The notes below the pieces were generated by a model, which did not search any database, was not told the DNA's origin, and saw nothing but the letters and a program-made list of their open reading frames with translations. Below, piece by piece: positions 1 to 13,000 of a stretch of 64,000 nucleotides of DNA. Numbering within the stretch: position 1 is the first letter of the stretch; the number at the start of each line of letters is the position of its first letter. The translations under genes were made by a program, and so were the position numbers. The stretch covers positions 24,552,001 to 24,616,000 of the forward strand of contig CM119381.1 in assembly GCA_051294905.1 (NCBI GenBank). The letters are read 5' to 3'. The stretch is from Botryllus schlosseri. Taxonomy: Eukaryota.

Positions 1-61
1 TCGGTGGTATGTGTTGAACTTGATATCGTATTGATACTGCTAAAACATATTCGCAATGGCC

Positions 62-562
62 TAATGACCATTGACTCGTCTCGAGTCCGACTGGAGTCGC
101 GATTTTTAGGTGACTCGATTCATTTTTTCAAATGCGTAAAATGACTCGAGTCAATTTTTGTATTGACTCGACTTGTACTTGAGTCATTGTGCATCACCCG
201 AGCCAAGTCATATGACTCGAGACTAGGATGGCCAAGACAGACATTTCCTTGTAACTTCAAAGAATAGTAAAGTCACCACATTTTTGGTATTTCGTCTATC
301 AGTCCTGATACTTGGAAAATAGGGCCAGAAACTGTTAGGACTGAGGAAAATTACATTTTTATGAATGCGAGCCATCTACATCAATCGAGCAGAGTCGAAA
401 AAAGTGGGTTGAACCGGTTTGAACTCAAAACGGTGAACGCACCGACTTGGACTCGGACTTGACTCGGTGGAGAATTGAAAATGACTTGACCTGACACAAG
501 TCAAAACTATAAAAGCGAGATTGACTTGTGACTCGGAACCTTGTGACTTGGTTACAACCCTG
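62..562. mobile_element. GACTC/GAGTC-rich hAT-like MITE, copy 1 (left end degenerate)
   Basis: Dense GACTCGAGTC-type motifs; right end GTTACAACCCTG (551-562) matches the terminus of the copies at 17761-18211 and 19668-20474. Confidence 0.6.
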
Positions 563-1007
563 ATTGGTCGTGTGAGTGTCCAGACCTTCGTTAAAAACCA
601 CTGCCATGTAACGTATTTTATTCAGTTGATTTCTGATTATTTTTCATGAAAAAGTTTTGAGTCCAACAATCTCTGTACAGTCTGTAGTAAGATACTTCTG
701 GCCTGGGGGACTCAGATTTGATAACTTTGTTATATCGAGCCTCCCGTCTGTATCTTGCTTATCTGTATATCTGTATATCACATTTCAGCCAATTGCATTT
801 TTGTTATGTACGTGATCGATTATTGACAAATAAAGATTCTCTGCCTCTCTTTCTCTATTGCACAGAGAATGTTTCTGGGTATTGGAAATTCTAGCACTAA
901 ACACTCTTATCCGCTTATTTTGGTTGGTAGCGGGCATTGATAACCTGTTGCCCGCATTTTCCAAAATATTTCACTAACGCCTGATGACACATTGTGATAT
1001 ATTGCAG

Positions 1008-4000
1008 GATCCGGGAAACAAAGCCTCACGAGACTGGCTTCCTTCATTGCTGGCTACAAAATCTTCCAGATCACTCTCACGAGGACTTACAACACCAGCA
1101 ATTTGATGGAGGATTTGAAAATTCTCTACAAAATTGCCGGACTTCAGGTTGGTAAACGTTTATATGATTGTAACGTTAATGCTGACGAACAACTGTGCAA
1201 TTATTAATATCTGCCATGTATTCGTTTATTTGTTTCATTAGCCTTGGATATTCTACTGCTATGAGATTGGGCATTTGCACCATGCCAATGGTTTCTAAAT
1301 CTTATACTTCTTGATTTTATCATAGTCCACTTTGGATTTCGAGACTCTTTCCCTTCATGGGAGGAAATCATAACTCCTTCTCCCCCATTTAGGAAGGGAC
1401 TATGGACCCCCATGGTGCTAGTACTCTATGCTATGCCACTATGCTACTCTGTCATCTATATTATTGTGATCAAATTTATTAAGTCTAGTTTTCTGTGTGA
1501 TATAAATTATTGCGATATCTTTATGATGCGGGAAGATTTGAAGAAGCAATGCTTTCTCTTCAATCGCATAGTTCTTTTTTATTTGGTCTGATGTTAAAAT
1601 TGGGCGTTACCGACATTCTTACATGTGAATTGTCTTCCATTTGCAGGGAAAAGGGATCACGTTTATTTTCACCGACAACGAAATCAAGGACGACTCTTTC
1701 TTGGAATACATGAACAACATTTTATCTTCCGGCGAAGTCTCCAATCTGTTTCCGAGAGACGAGATGGATGAAATCCTGCAGGTAGAGTATTAAGGAAAAA
1801 AGTAGTCTCGAGCTTATAAACGTCTCATTATTTTCTCATTTTCTCGCATTGAAACTCAACGCAGTTACACGTGAGCAGCAATGGAGCCACCCAACGTGGT
1901 TATTGCAAATCTAGCTTAAATACAAGACCGTCCTTGTGTTAGCCGTGGTGTTTCTGATATTTCTTTGCTAATTGCAAGACATGATTCAAACAATAGTCGA
2001 AAATATGGTTGTGATGATTATTTCCAAATGACTATACTGTGGTAACGGTGAACTGTGTTGAAATCAAAGACCACATGTTATCCATGTTTTTTGCTACGAA
2101 AAGATGTATGTTTTGGAGGGAAATCACCAAGACCATCAAAATTGATCTTCAAATCAACTTCTTATTACGATTTTGTCCGGCTACAGGAATTGGTCCCGAT
2201 TATGAAGAAAGAATTCCCCCGCCATCCGCCGACCAACGAGAATCTGTACGAATACTTCATGAATAGAGTGAGGCAGAACCTACATGTTGTCCTGTGCTTT
2301 TCGCCGATCGGTTTGTAAAAAATACTTATTGACATCTACACTTTTGCGCTCAAACTTTTCCGCTCGCAGGAGAAAAATTCCGAAATCGTTCGCTGAAGTT
2401 TCCGGCGTTGATTTCCGGGTGCACAATGGACTGGTTCAGTCGCTGGCCGAAGGACGCGTTGATTGCGGTGTCCACACACTTCCTGCATTCGTTCAACATC
2501 AACTGTACTGAAAAAGTCAAAGATGACGTGAGTTTCCAAGGTTCAGAAGTTATCACTAATGGTTTTACATACCCAGGCTCAAGACACGGTTAAAATTCAT
2601 TACATATTACAAAAATGTTCTTTATGTATTGGTACAAGCGAATGTAATGGTGAATTTAATGAAATATCCCGAATAGAAAGTAGTATTCAATAGGTATTGT
2701 AACCATGTGTGGAAGAAACTATTACATATTACCAAAAGTTTTTTTTGGTTTTATTTGCATGAGAATGGTTATATAATGATTGAGGTGAATTTAGGTATCC
2801 CTTTTAATAAAAAGAAATTCATATTATTACCACATAAAAAAAATGAAATTGAGAGCAATTTGTGTGCATATCTGTTGTTCGAATTGCCACCAATGTCAAG
2901 TCCTAAAACCTAAAAATTTCATATGCTGAATAGCAATAGTCTAATTGTTTGGAGTGGTTTCATGGTATGTGCTTGATTCGCATGCTTCCTGAATTGACTA
3001 CACCACACCAGTGCGCTGACTACCTATTTATAGCGTCTGATCCTGCCTGAAATATGGTTATTCAGATTCAAAAAACGATGGGCATATACCACGACGGAGT
3101 TGCATTGAAATGCACGGAATACTTCCAACGGTACAGAAGATCCTCGCACGTCACACCAAAGTCCTACCTGTCTTTTATTCAAGTATGTATGGTTTGAGAT
3201 GTGGTTGATTCAAGTTGATGTTATAGTAAGGATGCAGGACATATATATATATATACAATTATAGAAAACATATATCTTGTTATTAGTATTTTTGTATCAT
3301 AATTAGTACAAATATATTTATATGTATAACATATAGGCTAATATATCGCATCATTTTTGTATTTGTGACAACGTAACTTGATGAGCTAATGGTCACATTG
3401 CTGGTCACCATATAACGGTTAAAAAGTTCTTCTTGAGTTCTAAAAACATCCTTCTTCCAAGAAAATGACATTATAAGAGTATTTGACGAAACTCTCGCAG
3501 GTACAAAACTTCGATACGTAATTGAATAATATATTCACATTGAAATAAACCCGAATATTTTCGCCCATCCTTTCGCCTCGATTATATTATAATTTTCATC
3601 CTGGTGACGTCATATTTGATGGTACAATTGTTGATGTACAATGTTCTCTTCAATTTTCTACGAGTTACTGACGATTACCCCTGACGAGTATCAGGAATTC
3701 ATCGTCAATGATACTCATCAATATTATCATTGTTGCCTTGACACTTTCAGGGATACAAGCAAATCTACTCGAAACGATTCCAAGAAGTCGAAAACCAATC
3801 GAACAGAATGAAAGTCGGCCTGGACAAGCTCAACGAGGCGGAGGCCTCTGTCAAGGAGCTCAGCAAAGAGTTGGTGGTGAAGGAAAAGGAACTGGAAGTC
3901 GCCAATGTTAAGGCGCAAGGCATTCTGGAAGAGGTGCTGCATTTGTTGCATACCTAGGGCAATAATCGTAATCTATCACGATCATTACAACATCATATCT

Positions 4001-7000
4001 GATGAATTGTTGTTACACCTATTCACTGTTTGTTATGTCAATGCTATGCTCAATATTTACTGTTGAGCCTATTCACATGGGATATATTGATAGGAACTGA
4101 AAAACAGGGGGTTGATGACGAAGAGTATCTTCAGTTACTTTATAAACTTTGGATTTTCTACGGTAAAAATTAGTTTTAGGCTGTGTCTTCATGCCCTTAT
4201 GAGTGAAATTGAAATTCCAATCGGACAAAATAGCTTCCACATCACGTTAACTCAAACATTTTCAAAAATTGCACCTATTTGTTGCGTTTTTGCGTGCACC
4301 CTGCGATTTTAAAAGTAGCCACATCTGATTAACATCTAAAAGTTTGTAACCTTGGCCAAATCTACTTTTTGAGATTACTAGAGCACTTTATGGGCCCTAA
4401 TCTTCTGCTCCCACTTAAAGTACTTTTGACATATCGTGGAAGTCATTACTCATCTTCTACTTGAGTATCAAGATGATTAGAGAGAGGACTATTTCGCATT
4501 TACGATTACTGTAGCTGTCGCAATTCTCCTTGTGCTAATCGCTTACAGAATCGCAATGTATTGTGGTGACAGCTTATCGGGTTCATCCTGCTTTAATGAT
4601 ATTTTTTTAATTCCAGGTTACAGCACAAGCGACGGCAGCTGAAAAGGTGAAGGCCGAAGTTCAAAAGGTCAAAGACAAGGCCCAAGCCATCGTCGACATC
4701 ATAACCGCCGATAAGGAAGTGGCGGAGAGCAAATTAGAGGCTGCCAGACCGGCGCTGGAAGAGGCAGAAAACGCCCTGAAAACGATCACGCCAGCCGATA
4801 TCGCAACTGTCAGAAAGTAAGTGAATTGTGTCGCAGATGTACGCAATAGAATTTTGGGAAAATTTCAGATCAGCAATCCGCATTATGGTTGTTCAAAATA
4901 ACATTTATAGTTATATGTAAGTCTTCCTGTCTTGATGTTTCAATACTTTTCTTCCAGACTGGGCCGCCCACCGCATTTGATCATGCGAATCATGGACTGC
5001 GTGTTGATCCTGTTCCAACGCAAGCTGGACTCGGTCACCATGGATCCCGATAAGCCGGGAATGATGAAGCCGTCTTGGTCGCAGTCCCTGAAAATGATGA
5101 CCGAGGGCGGATTTTTGAACAGCCTGCAACAGTTCAACAAAGACTCCATTACGGACGAGGTAACGACAGAGAGATTCTCTTTGAAATTGCCAAGCTCAAC
5201 GATATTCATTCATACGTGATACTTTCCTATATCAAATCAGAAATACATGTGTGTTTTATAATAATGAAACTGATCTCATACTTTATATGAAAAGTCGTAT
5301 TTTCTGAGCTACTCTATACACCTGTTGGAGTATAAGTACAAGTATCTTACTCTACTAGATTTCGATTATTTATGAGGGATTTTATTTTATAATCACTGCC
5401 TCCGAATTAGGATTTCTAGTTGAGATATGTTTATTTTGTCATCCGCAAAATTATTCGGCAAAAAATGTGTTATATTGGTATCACTTCAAATTCTGATGTC
5501 TGTCAGGCTCTGGATTTTGGACAGCAGTATATGGGATATTTTTTTCGAAGTTCTGGTTGAAAAATGGAAAATTTCTGATGTCTGGAGAAAACAACTGCAA
5601 AAACAAGTTATATCAGCTATATCAGTATCTGCTTGAAATTATTTTACCAATCAGGCTCTACTTACAACAATAGCTACAAGACAACACTCAATTTATAGAA
5701 GAGGGTCTCTGCTGTATACAACTGAATAAGATATTCATATTAAAATATGCTGATCGATTGTTGATATACAATGTTCTCTTCAATTGTATATAATATATTA
5801 TTCAATTTTATACTCTATTTATACTCACCATTCGTATGTATCAGACCGTCGAACTGATGAGACCCTATTTCGATGCTCCCGACTACAACATCGAGACAGC
5901 TAAAAAGGTATCGGGAAATGTGGCCGGCCTGTGCTCGTGGACGCAAGCCATGGCTAATTTCTACGCCATCAACAAAGAAGTTTTGCCGCTGAAGGCCAAT
6001 CTCATCGTGCAAGTGAGTCCTACTATGTAGCATTTCTTTGTGATTTTCAGTAATTAAATAGCAGGATATTGTGAGACATTCTCTGAGTTGGTTACTAATA
6101 CAGCAGGTCTACTTTTCTGTAGAATTCAATTAGTTTTTGCATACTTCTACTGAATGAGTTTTTCAACTAAACTGGATACTGTTTACTGCTTGGCATTACA
6201 CAAGTAGGAAGTACTTTACGTATATGATTGCAATCACATTTAAGATCAAATTGCCCCTGTGACACGATAATTGGATACTTTTTTGGTATGTTGTTACTAA
6301 TATTTTCGGAGGTTCTACCTATTTACGGTGTTGTCGCACTTGCACTTGGGAATTGCTACTTTTATATATGTAATTGAGTGGAAGTTTACGGCATTACATC
6401 TGCTGTTACCTGATTTGAAATGATGGATACTCTGATCATCTCTGAAAAATTGTGCTTGATTTGTGTTTGTAGCAAGCGAAATATGAGACGGCGATGATAG
6501 ATTTGGAAAAGGCGCAGGGAGAGCTTGACGAAAAGGAGAGAGAGCTGTCCGCCGTGCAGAAGAAATACGAAGCTGCAGTGCAAGAGAAACGCGTACGATT
6601 TCATTTTGCCTGTGTCGAAAATTTGATAAATTGATGCCAAATTTGACCATTTCGCCAACCTAATTTAAATCTACATACAAACAGTCTGAGATTTATTGCT
6701 GTACGTTGACTGGGCACAATTTTTTGAGTACTACTAAATAGGCTATTTTTTGGAATGCTGAAATTTTCCTGTCCTCCTTCCACTAATACTTGAATATTAT
6801 AGAGAATTATCGTTTCAATACTTTTCTGCCAACGTAGAAGCCTTGAAACCACGGTCTAAAAGTCCTTTCTTTAAAGTCGTGCATTGTCGCAAAGTGCAAT
6901 GAAATAAATAAGGTATAAAAAATACATGTACATATTTGTGCATTCCGCATTATCCATACTGTTATAGTGTCAGAATGAGTGACACTCTACTCGAAAGTAA

Positions 7001-10000
7001 TCAAAATTGTATAATGAAGTTCTGTACCCCTAAGCAGTGTGATTTGTTGCACAGTATAGGAATTGAATAGTATATTCATATTGAAATGATCCCGAATATG
7101 TTCGGCTGACACTCGTCAGGGGTAATCGTCGGCAACTAGTAGAGAATTGGAAAGAACATTGTATATCAACCATCGTATCACAAAATATGACGTGAAGTAT
7201 GGGAATTAAATGTGAATTTTGTATCTTATCACATCGGTTTATCAACGTCTGGTCTCCAGGATCTACAAGCAAACGCGGAGCAATGCCGCCGCAAGATGCA
7301 GACTGCGTCCGACCTGATCAACGGTCTCGGGGGCGAAAAGATGAGATGGACCGAACAAAGCAAGCAGTTCGAAAAGCAAACCAGAAGACTTGTCGGCGAC
7401 GTTCTGTTGGCCACCGCGTTCCTCTCCTATTCCGGGCCGTTCAACCAAGAATTCAGATCTCTTCTATCAAAGCGTGAGTAGACAAAAGACCAAAGGTGGT
7501 CAAAGTAATCATTTTTGCCACTCAAGATTGGTTATACTCAATTTGGATACAGCTTACAAAAGTTTGTTCATATTAACGTTTATTTACTCGAAGAAGTTTC
7601 CGTGAAAGGTTCTACCAGTAAATAAACATTACTATGAACATAATTTTGAAAACTGTATTCAAGTAGAAGTAGGCCATGAATTTCGACTCAATTAACAAGT
7701 ACAAGTGGTAATTTCCAAGACATATCAAAACTACTCAAGTTACTAGTTTCAAAATTTCGGATTCTCAAAGGACGAGAGATGGTTACCGTTGCTACTCTAG
7801 AAATAGTTAAAACAACCCTCTGAAGTTCACTTACCAGCAAAAGTGGTAGTTTTCAAGACAAAATGATGGATGACGCTACACATAGGTAGAATATTCGAAG
7901 ACATATTCACTCGCAGTTATACAGAGGCCATTTCATGTGGTAATTACAAGAATTTCACTCTTAAAAGTGACGCAGACCCCTCCTAAAACTACTGTATACT
8001 TATCAAGATCAAAACTGTAAAAAGTCATTAGTCTTGCCTAAAAACTGTTCAAGTGAATGTAGTCTAAAAATCTCTATAATTGGTACAATTAGGCAAAATC
8101 TGCTTTGAGACCACCTCTGCGTCAGTGAAACTGATAATATTAACGCGTTGTTGTCCGATTTCAGAATGGATATCGGAAATGAGCTCACGAAGCATCCCGT
8201 TCACCAAGCAGTTGAATTTGATCGAAATGTTGAGCGATCCGCCCACTATAGGCGAGTGGAATCTTCAGGTGAATATTTTTGATGTCATACAACTGCGTAG
8301 TTAACCAACTCAATCCGCCCTAATGCATAACTGCAGTTACGTAAACTTATATATATATAATACGCAGTAATCTCGTTCTAATGTACTGTGCATACTCTTG
8401 TTTAGAACTTTAAATGCATATCATCATATTCTCTCTCTGATTAGTTGTCATGTATGTTGTGATTTAGGGTTTACCGAACGATGAACTTTCCATATCCAAC
8501 GGAATCATCGTCACGAATGCGGCGCGATATCCGATCCTCATCGACCCCCAAGAGCAGGGGAAGATTTGGATCAAAAACAAGGAATCCAACAATGAAATCC
8601 AGGTACGTTTCAAGTATGACTGCTATTACACTAGCCAACATGCAGTTATTTTATGTGTGCCTAACCTGAATTGAGCAAGATGTGTGTCTGTTCTATGGAG
8701 ATATGCCCTGAAACTGAATTCCCTGGCTGACAATGCTTTTTTCAGACTCAATTCTTTACAAAAATTTAATGAGTAGCCTATTAGCTCTGTATTACTTGGG
8801 CTCTCTCTCCCTTGCATACCAAGTCCCACTAAATTGTAGACATTGTTAAATTTCACTGATCAACCAAATGCATTTTGCACACTATCACCTCAAGCTTAAA
8901 CCCAATGCCCATGCCATCTCTTGGTCTTGGTCATCTTCGGGTTTTGAGAAAATGTAATGTCGCTTTCTCCAGGTGACATCACTGGATCACAAGTACTTCC
9001 GAAACCATCTGGAAAACGCTCTCTCTCTCGGACAACCGTTGCTTATTGAAGACGTCGGGGAGGAGCTGGACCCTGCTTTGGACAATGTGCTGGAGAAGAA
9101 TTTCATGAAAATTGGGTCCACCTACAAGGTGAGCTCTTATTGCACAATTATGGCTAGTCGCGATTGGCCAACATAATATATGACGTACAATGACCACTTT
9201 GCAGACTGCAGTTATCTATGTGTTAAGGTAAAATCTATATATGCTTATGCTGTAAAATTAGCTTGTTCCTACAGGCTTTACATGCTAGTAATTTAAATTT
9301 ACATGACATGCTAGTAATAATCTGATATTGTCAGAGTCCACGATACTATAAATTGATATCCCACGTAATTTAATCTCTCAGTAATATACACTATACAGTA
9401 CCCATTCATATGTTACATGGTAATTCCACAGCCTACGCTAGATTTTATTGATTTTGTCCAATCTATTGATTTGATTTTATAGTTTTTATCGCCAAGTCAT
9501 ATATTTTCAGGTTAAAATCGGCGACAAGGAGGTCGACGTCATGCAAGGGTTCCGTCTGTTCATTACGACTAAATTTGCAAACCCCGCGTATTCTCCGGAG
9601 ATTTACGCGAAAACGTCTGTGGTCGATTTCACCGTCACCATTGGCGGCTTGGAAGATCAGCTTCTAGGCAGGGTCATTTTGACTGAAAAACAGGTCAGGA
9701 AAAGGATTAGTGTGATATTAGCTCGATTTGGAAGTATCCGTAGACTTTTTTCTGGTTTGGAACACCCATGATCATCTAAATATTCAGTCTAGGTTTTATA
9801 TGACCAGAAGGAGGGCCAAACATTCTGAAATTGTTGTCTGTCGACTAAATACCATCTCCTTCGAATAATTTTATTGCCATTCCATACCATGGATTGTTTG
9901 TTTACTGTTTTATTTCAAAACCTTGCTATATCTTCAACTCTAAATGATCAAAAACGTTTTGTCAAACTTGACTGTAGCTTATTAGGTGGTGCGTATCTCA

Positions 10001-13000
10001 AAGTCCTGTCCTAATCAGGTTTAGCAGTTATTGATTGCGTTCCTAGTGATTAGTTTCCAATTGCTCTTTCATTAAAAATGGTATTAATGACTGAGTACAT
10101 TGATTGTTATTCACAAAAGATGCTGACATTGTAAAAGCCTATGAAACTGCAGTCCTGTATGCAACTATGCATAGGTTATGAGGCTTCGATTGCAAACCAG
10201 AACAGACTAATTATGGAATTTACCGCGCCGATACCGCATTGCTCATACATTAGTCAATTGTACAGAAGTAGTCTCTGAGAACATATGTGTGAATACAGCA
10301 TGCAGAGGAAATCATTACAAGCGATCATCGTATGTTGTGTTTGTGAAAATATTTACATCTCATTTGATGCTCATTCTTTCACGCTCGATACAGGAACTCG
10401 AAAAACAACGCACCGAATTACTGAGCGACGTGGCTGCTAACAAGAGGAAGATGCAGGAATTGGAAGACAATCTATTGGCCCGACTATCGTCGACCCAAGG
10501 CAGCTTGGTGGATGACGAAGGGCTGATTACGATGCTCGCAAACACCAAGGCGACTGCGGAAGAGGTAACTTTAAAGCTATTCAATGACTCTAGGAATGTA
10601 TTAAATATTAGCTTACATCTAATTGAGTACTATACCTTATATGTTATTATACCAGGGTTTCTTAACCTGAGGTCCTAACTTGTTTAAGGGGTCGATGAAA
10701 GGCCCATGTTGTAACTACAACTAAAACTATATTGTCCTTCACAAGATATTTTTTCTGTCGGTAAGAAAAAGGTTAAGAAACACCGTTCTATGCTGTAGTT
10801 TACAAGAGGCAGACCCTTTTTGTCACATTGCCACAGTTTAATATCTGTGTTAGGAATTAACCAGTGGAGTGACTGGAAGTGACTAATCATCAAGTTTTAT
10901 TGATTTATAAATTTTTATGTTGTGTGTATTAATTGAAAAATTACCAATACTCGATATTCTCATCAGGTTGCTACGAAATTGGCGATCGCGGCTGAGACTG
11001 AAGTTCAGATCAACACCGCCCGTGAGGAGTACAGGCCGGTGGCGAAACGAGGCTCCATCCTTTATTTCCTCATCGTGGAAATGTCTCTGGTGAACGTGAT
11101 GTACCAGACGTCTCTCAAACAGTTCCTCGGCGTGTTCGACAAGGCTCTGCTGACGTGAGTCTTCGAAATAGCGATCTATTGACTGATTTTCGAGTTTGCA
11201 CCGCTTGGTGTTGTGTAAAAGTGTGGAAATGTCAGAAATTGGCCACTATATCAATAATAAATATACACGAATATGCCATAAATAAGTCTATTTCTCAGAG
11301 GCACTTGGCCTACCTGCACTACTCAACTGGCTACGTTTTTGGACTACTTTAACTTCTACTGAACATTTTGTTCAGGCAAAATAACTTGGTAGTAACTTAG
11401 TTAGCTTTTGATCTTGAAAATATGTATCAAATCTAATTTTTGAAACTATTCACTTGAGTACTGTTCATACCTTTCATTTTATACCTCCTCTTGGAGGGGA
11501 AGAGACTTCTATTTTTACTAGAGTGAAAATTTATGGCATTACTTTTACTAGGGTGGGAACGCTGACTGCTTTGACCGTCTCCCTATGTAGCGATGCAGTT
11601 CGTTTTCGAGCAGCTTTTGCAGTTCATATGCTCTGTATATTCCCTCTTCAGATCTCCGAAAAGCCCGATACCGAGCAAGAGAATCGCTAATATCATCGAA
11701 GCGATGACGTACGACGTCTACAAGTACTCGGCGCAAGGCTTTTACGAGCAAGACAAGGCCATGTTCAGCATCTTGACCGCTCTGAAAATCGATCTCGCTT
11801 CGAAGAAAATCAGGCACGAAGAGTTCAACACTTTCATCAAGGGTAACTTCCAACTGTGTTTATAGTTTTTTTCATTATTCGTTATTGAATACAACAATTG
11901 AACTATTCCCTTCTATCCTCTATGCCCTTTTCTCCAACAGGTGGCGCTTCCCTGGATTTGAAAAGTTGCCCACCGAAACCGCCTAGCTGCAAATGGATTT
12001 TGGACATGACCTGGATGAATCTGGTGGAGCTGTCTAAGCTGCAGAACTTTAGAGACATTTTAACTCAGGTCGGTACACAATCACGAAGATGAACACAGTT
12101 GAATTGTGATTTACATGTTAAGGTGACTCACTCTGCTAGTGTTGTTATCATCAAAATCCCTGAACTCTTATGAATGCTATTCAGATATTGTTGCTGTGTC
12201 TCACTCTCTGAGTAAAGTTATTCTCAAAACGCCCATAATCTTACCCATGCTCTACAGCAGCAGCTGCCCACGCGTTTACAGGGCGACCCGTTCAAAAAAT
12301 ATTCAGATAGGTAAAATCTTAAGCCCCAAACAGTAGTCGTAATACTGATTGTTGTGCTGATTGTGGCAAAATTTGTTTAGGCACAAAGTATCGTTTCTTG
12401 AATACACAGCCGTTGTGTATATATTTTCAAGTTTTTGCATCTCTCACATGTTTTCAAGCATTAAAGGGGCACTGCACCCTAAAAATGATGTGGTCTCAAA
12501 TTGAACGTAAAAATGAAAAAGCATTTTTGGCCGCAGCCGTTTTCTTCAGAACGCCACCGTAATGGAGTTGCAATTTATTGAAACAAGACAAATAGAAACA
12601 GAAATAGATCGTGTCTAACAATGTTTTATACATGAACAATGTTTTATACATAAGAATAGGACATGACCTATTTCTGTCCTAAAGAAATAGAATACACTAG
12701 GCCCGATTTTGACATAAATTTCCTGACGGGATATCTTCCGTTGAACGCGGTATCTAAGCCTCCTTGGCGTGTACGACATATTTTCTTCATAACATCGGCT
12801 AACAACGATATAAAGTTTGATCTCTGCGTGACTGCTGGAGCGTGAAGTTTTTTTTGGAAATTTCAATAAATTGCAGCTCCATCACGGTGGCGTTTTGCCC
12901 TTCAATTTGAGACCACATCATTTTTAGAGTGCAGTGCCCCTTTAAAATGAATTTTTTTTCCCCGTTACAATATGCCTGAAAACAAGCGACCCAAAATCAA

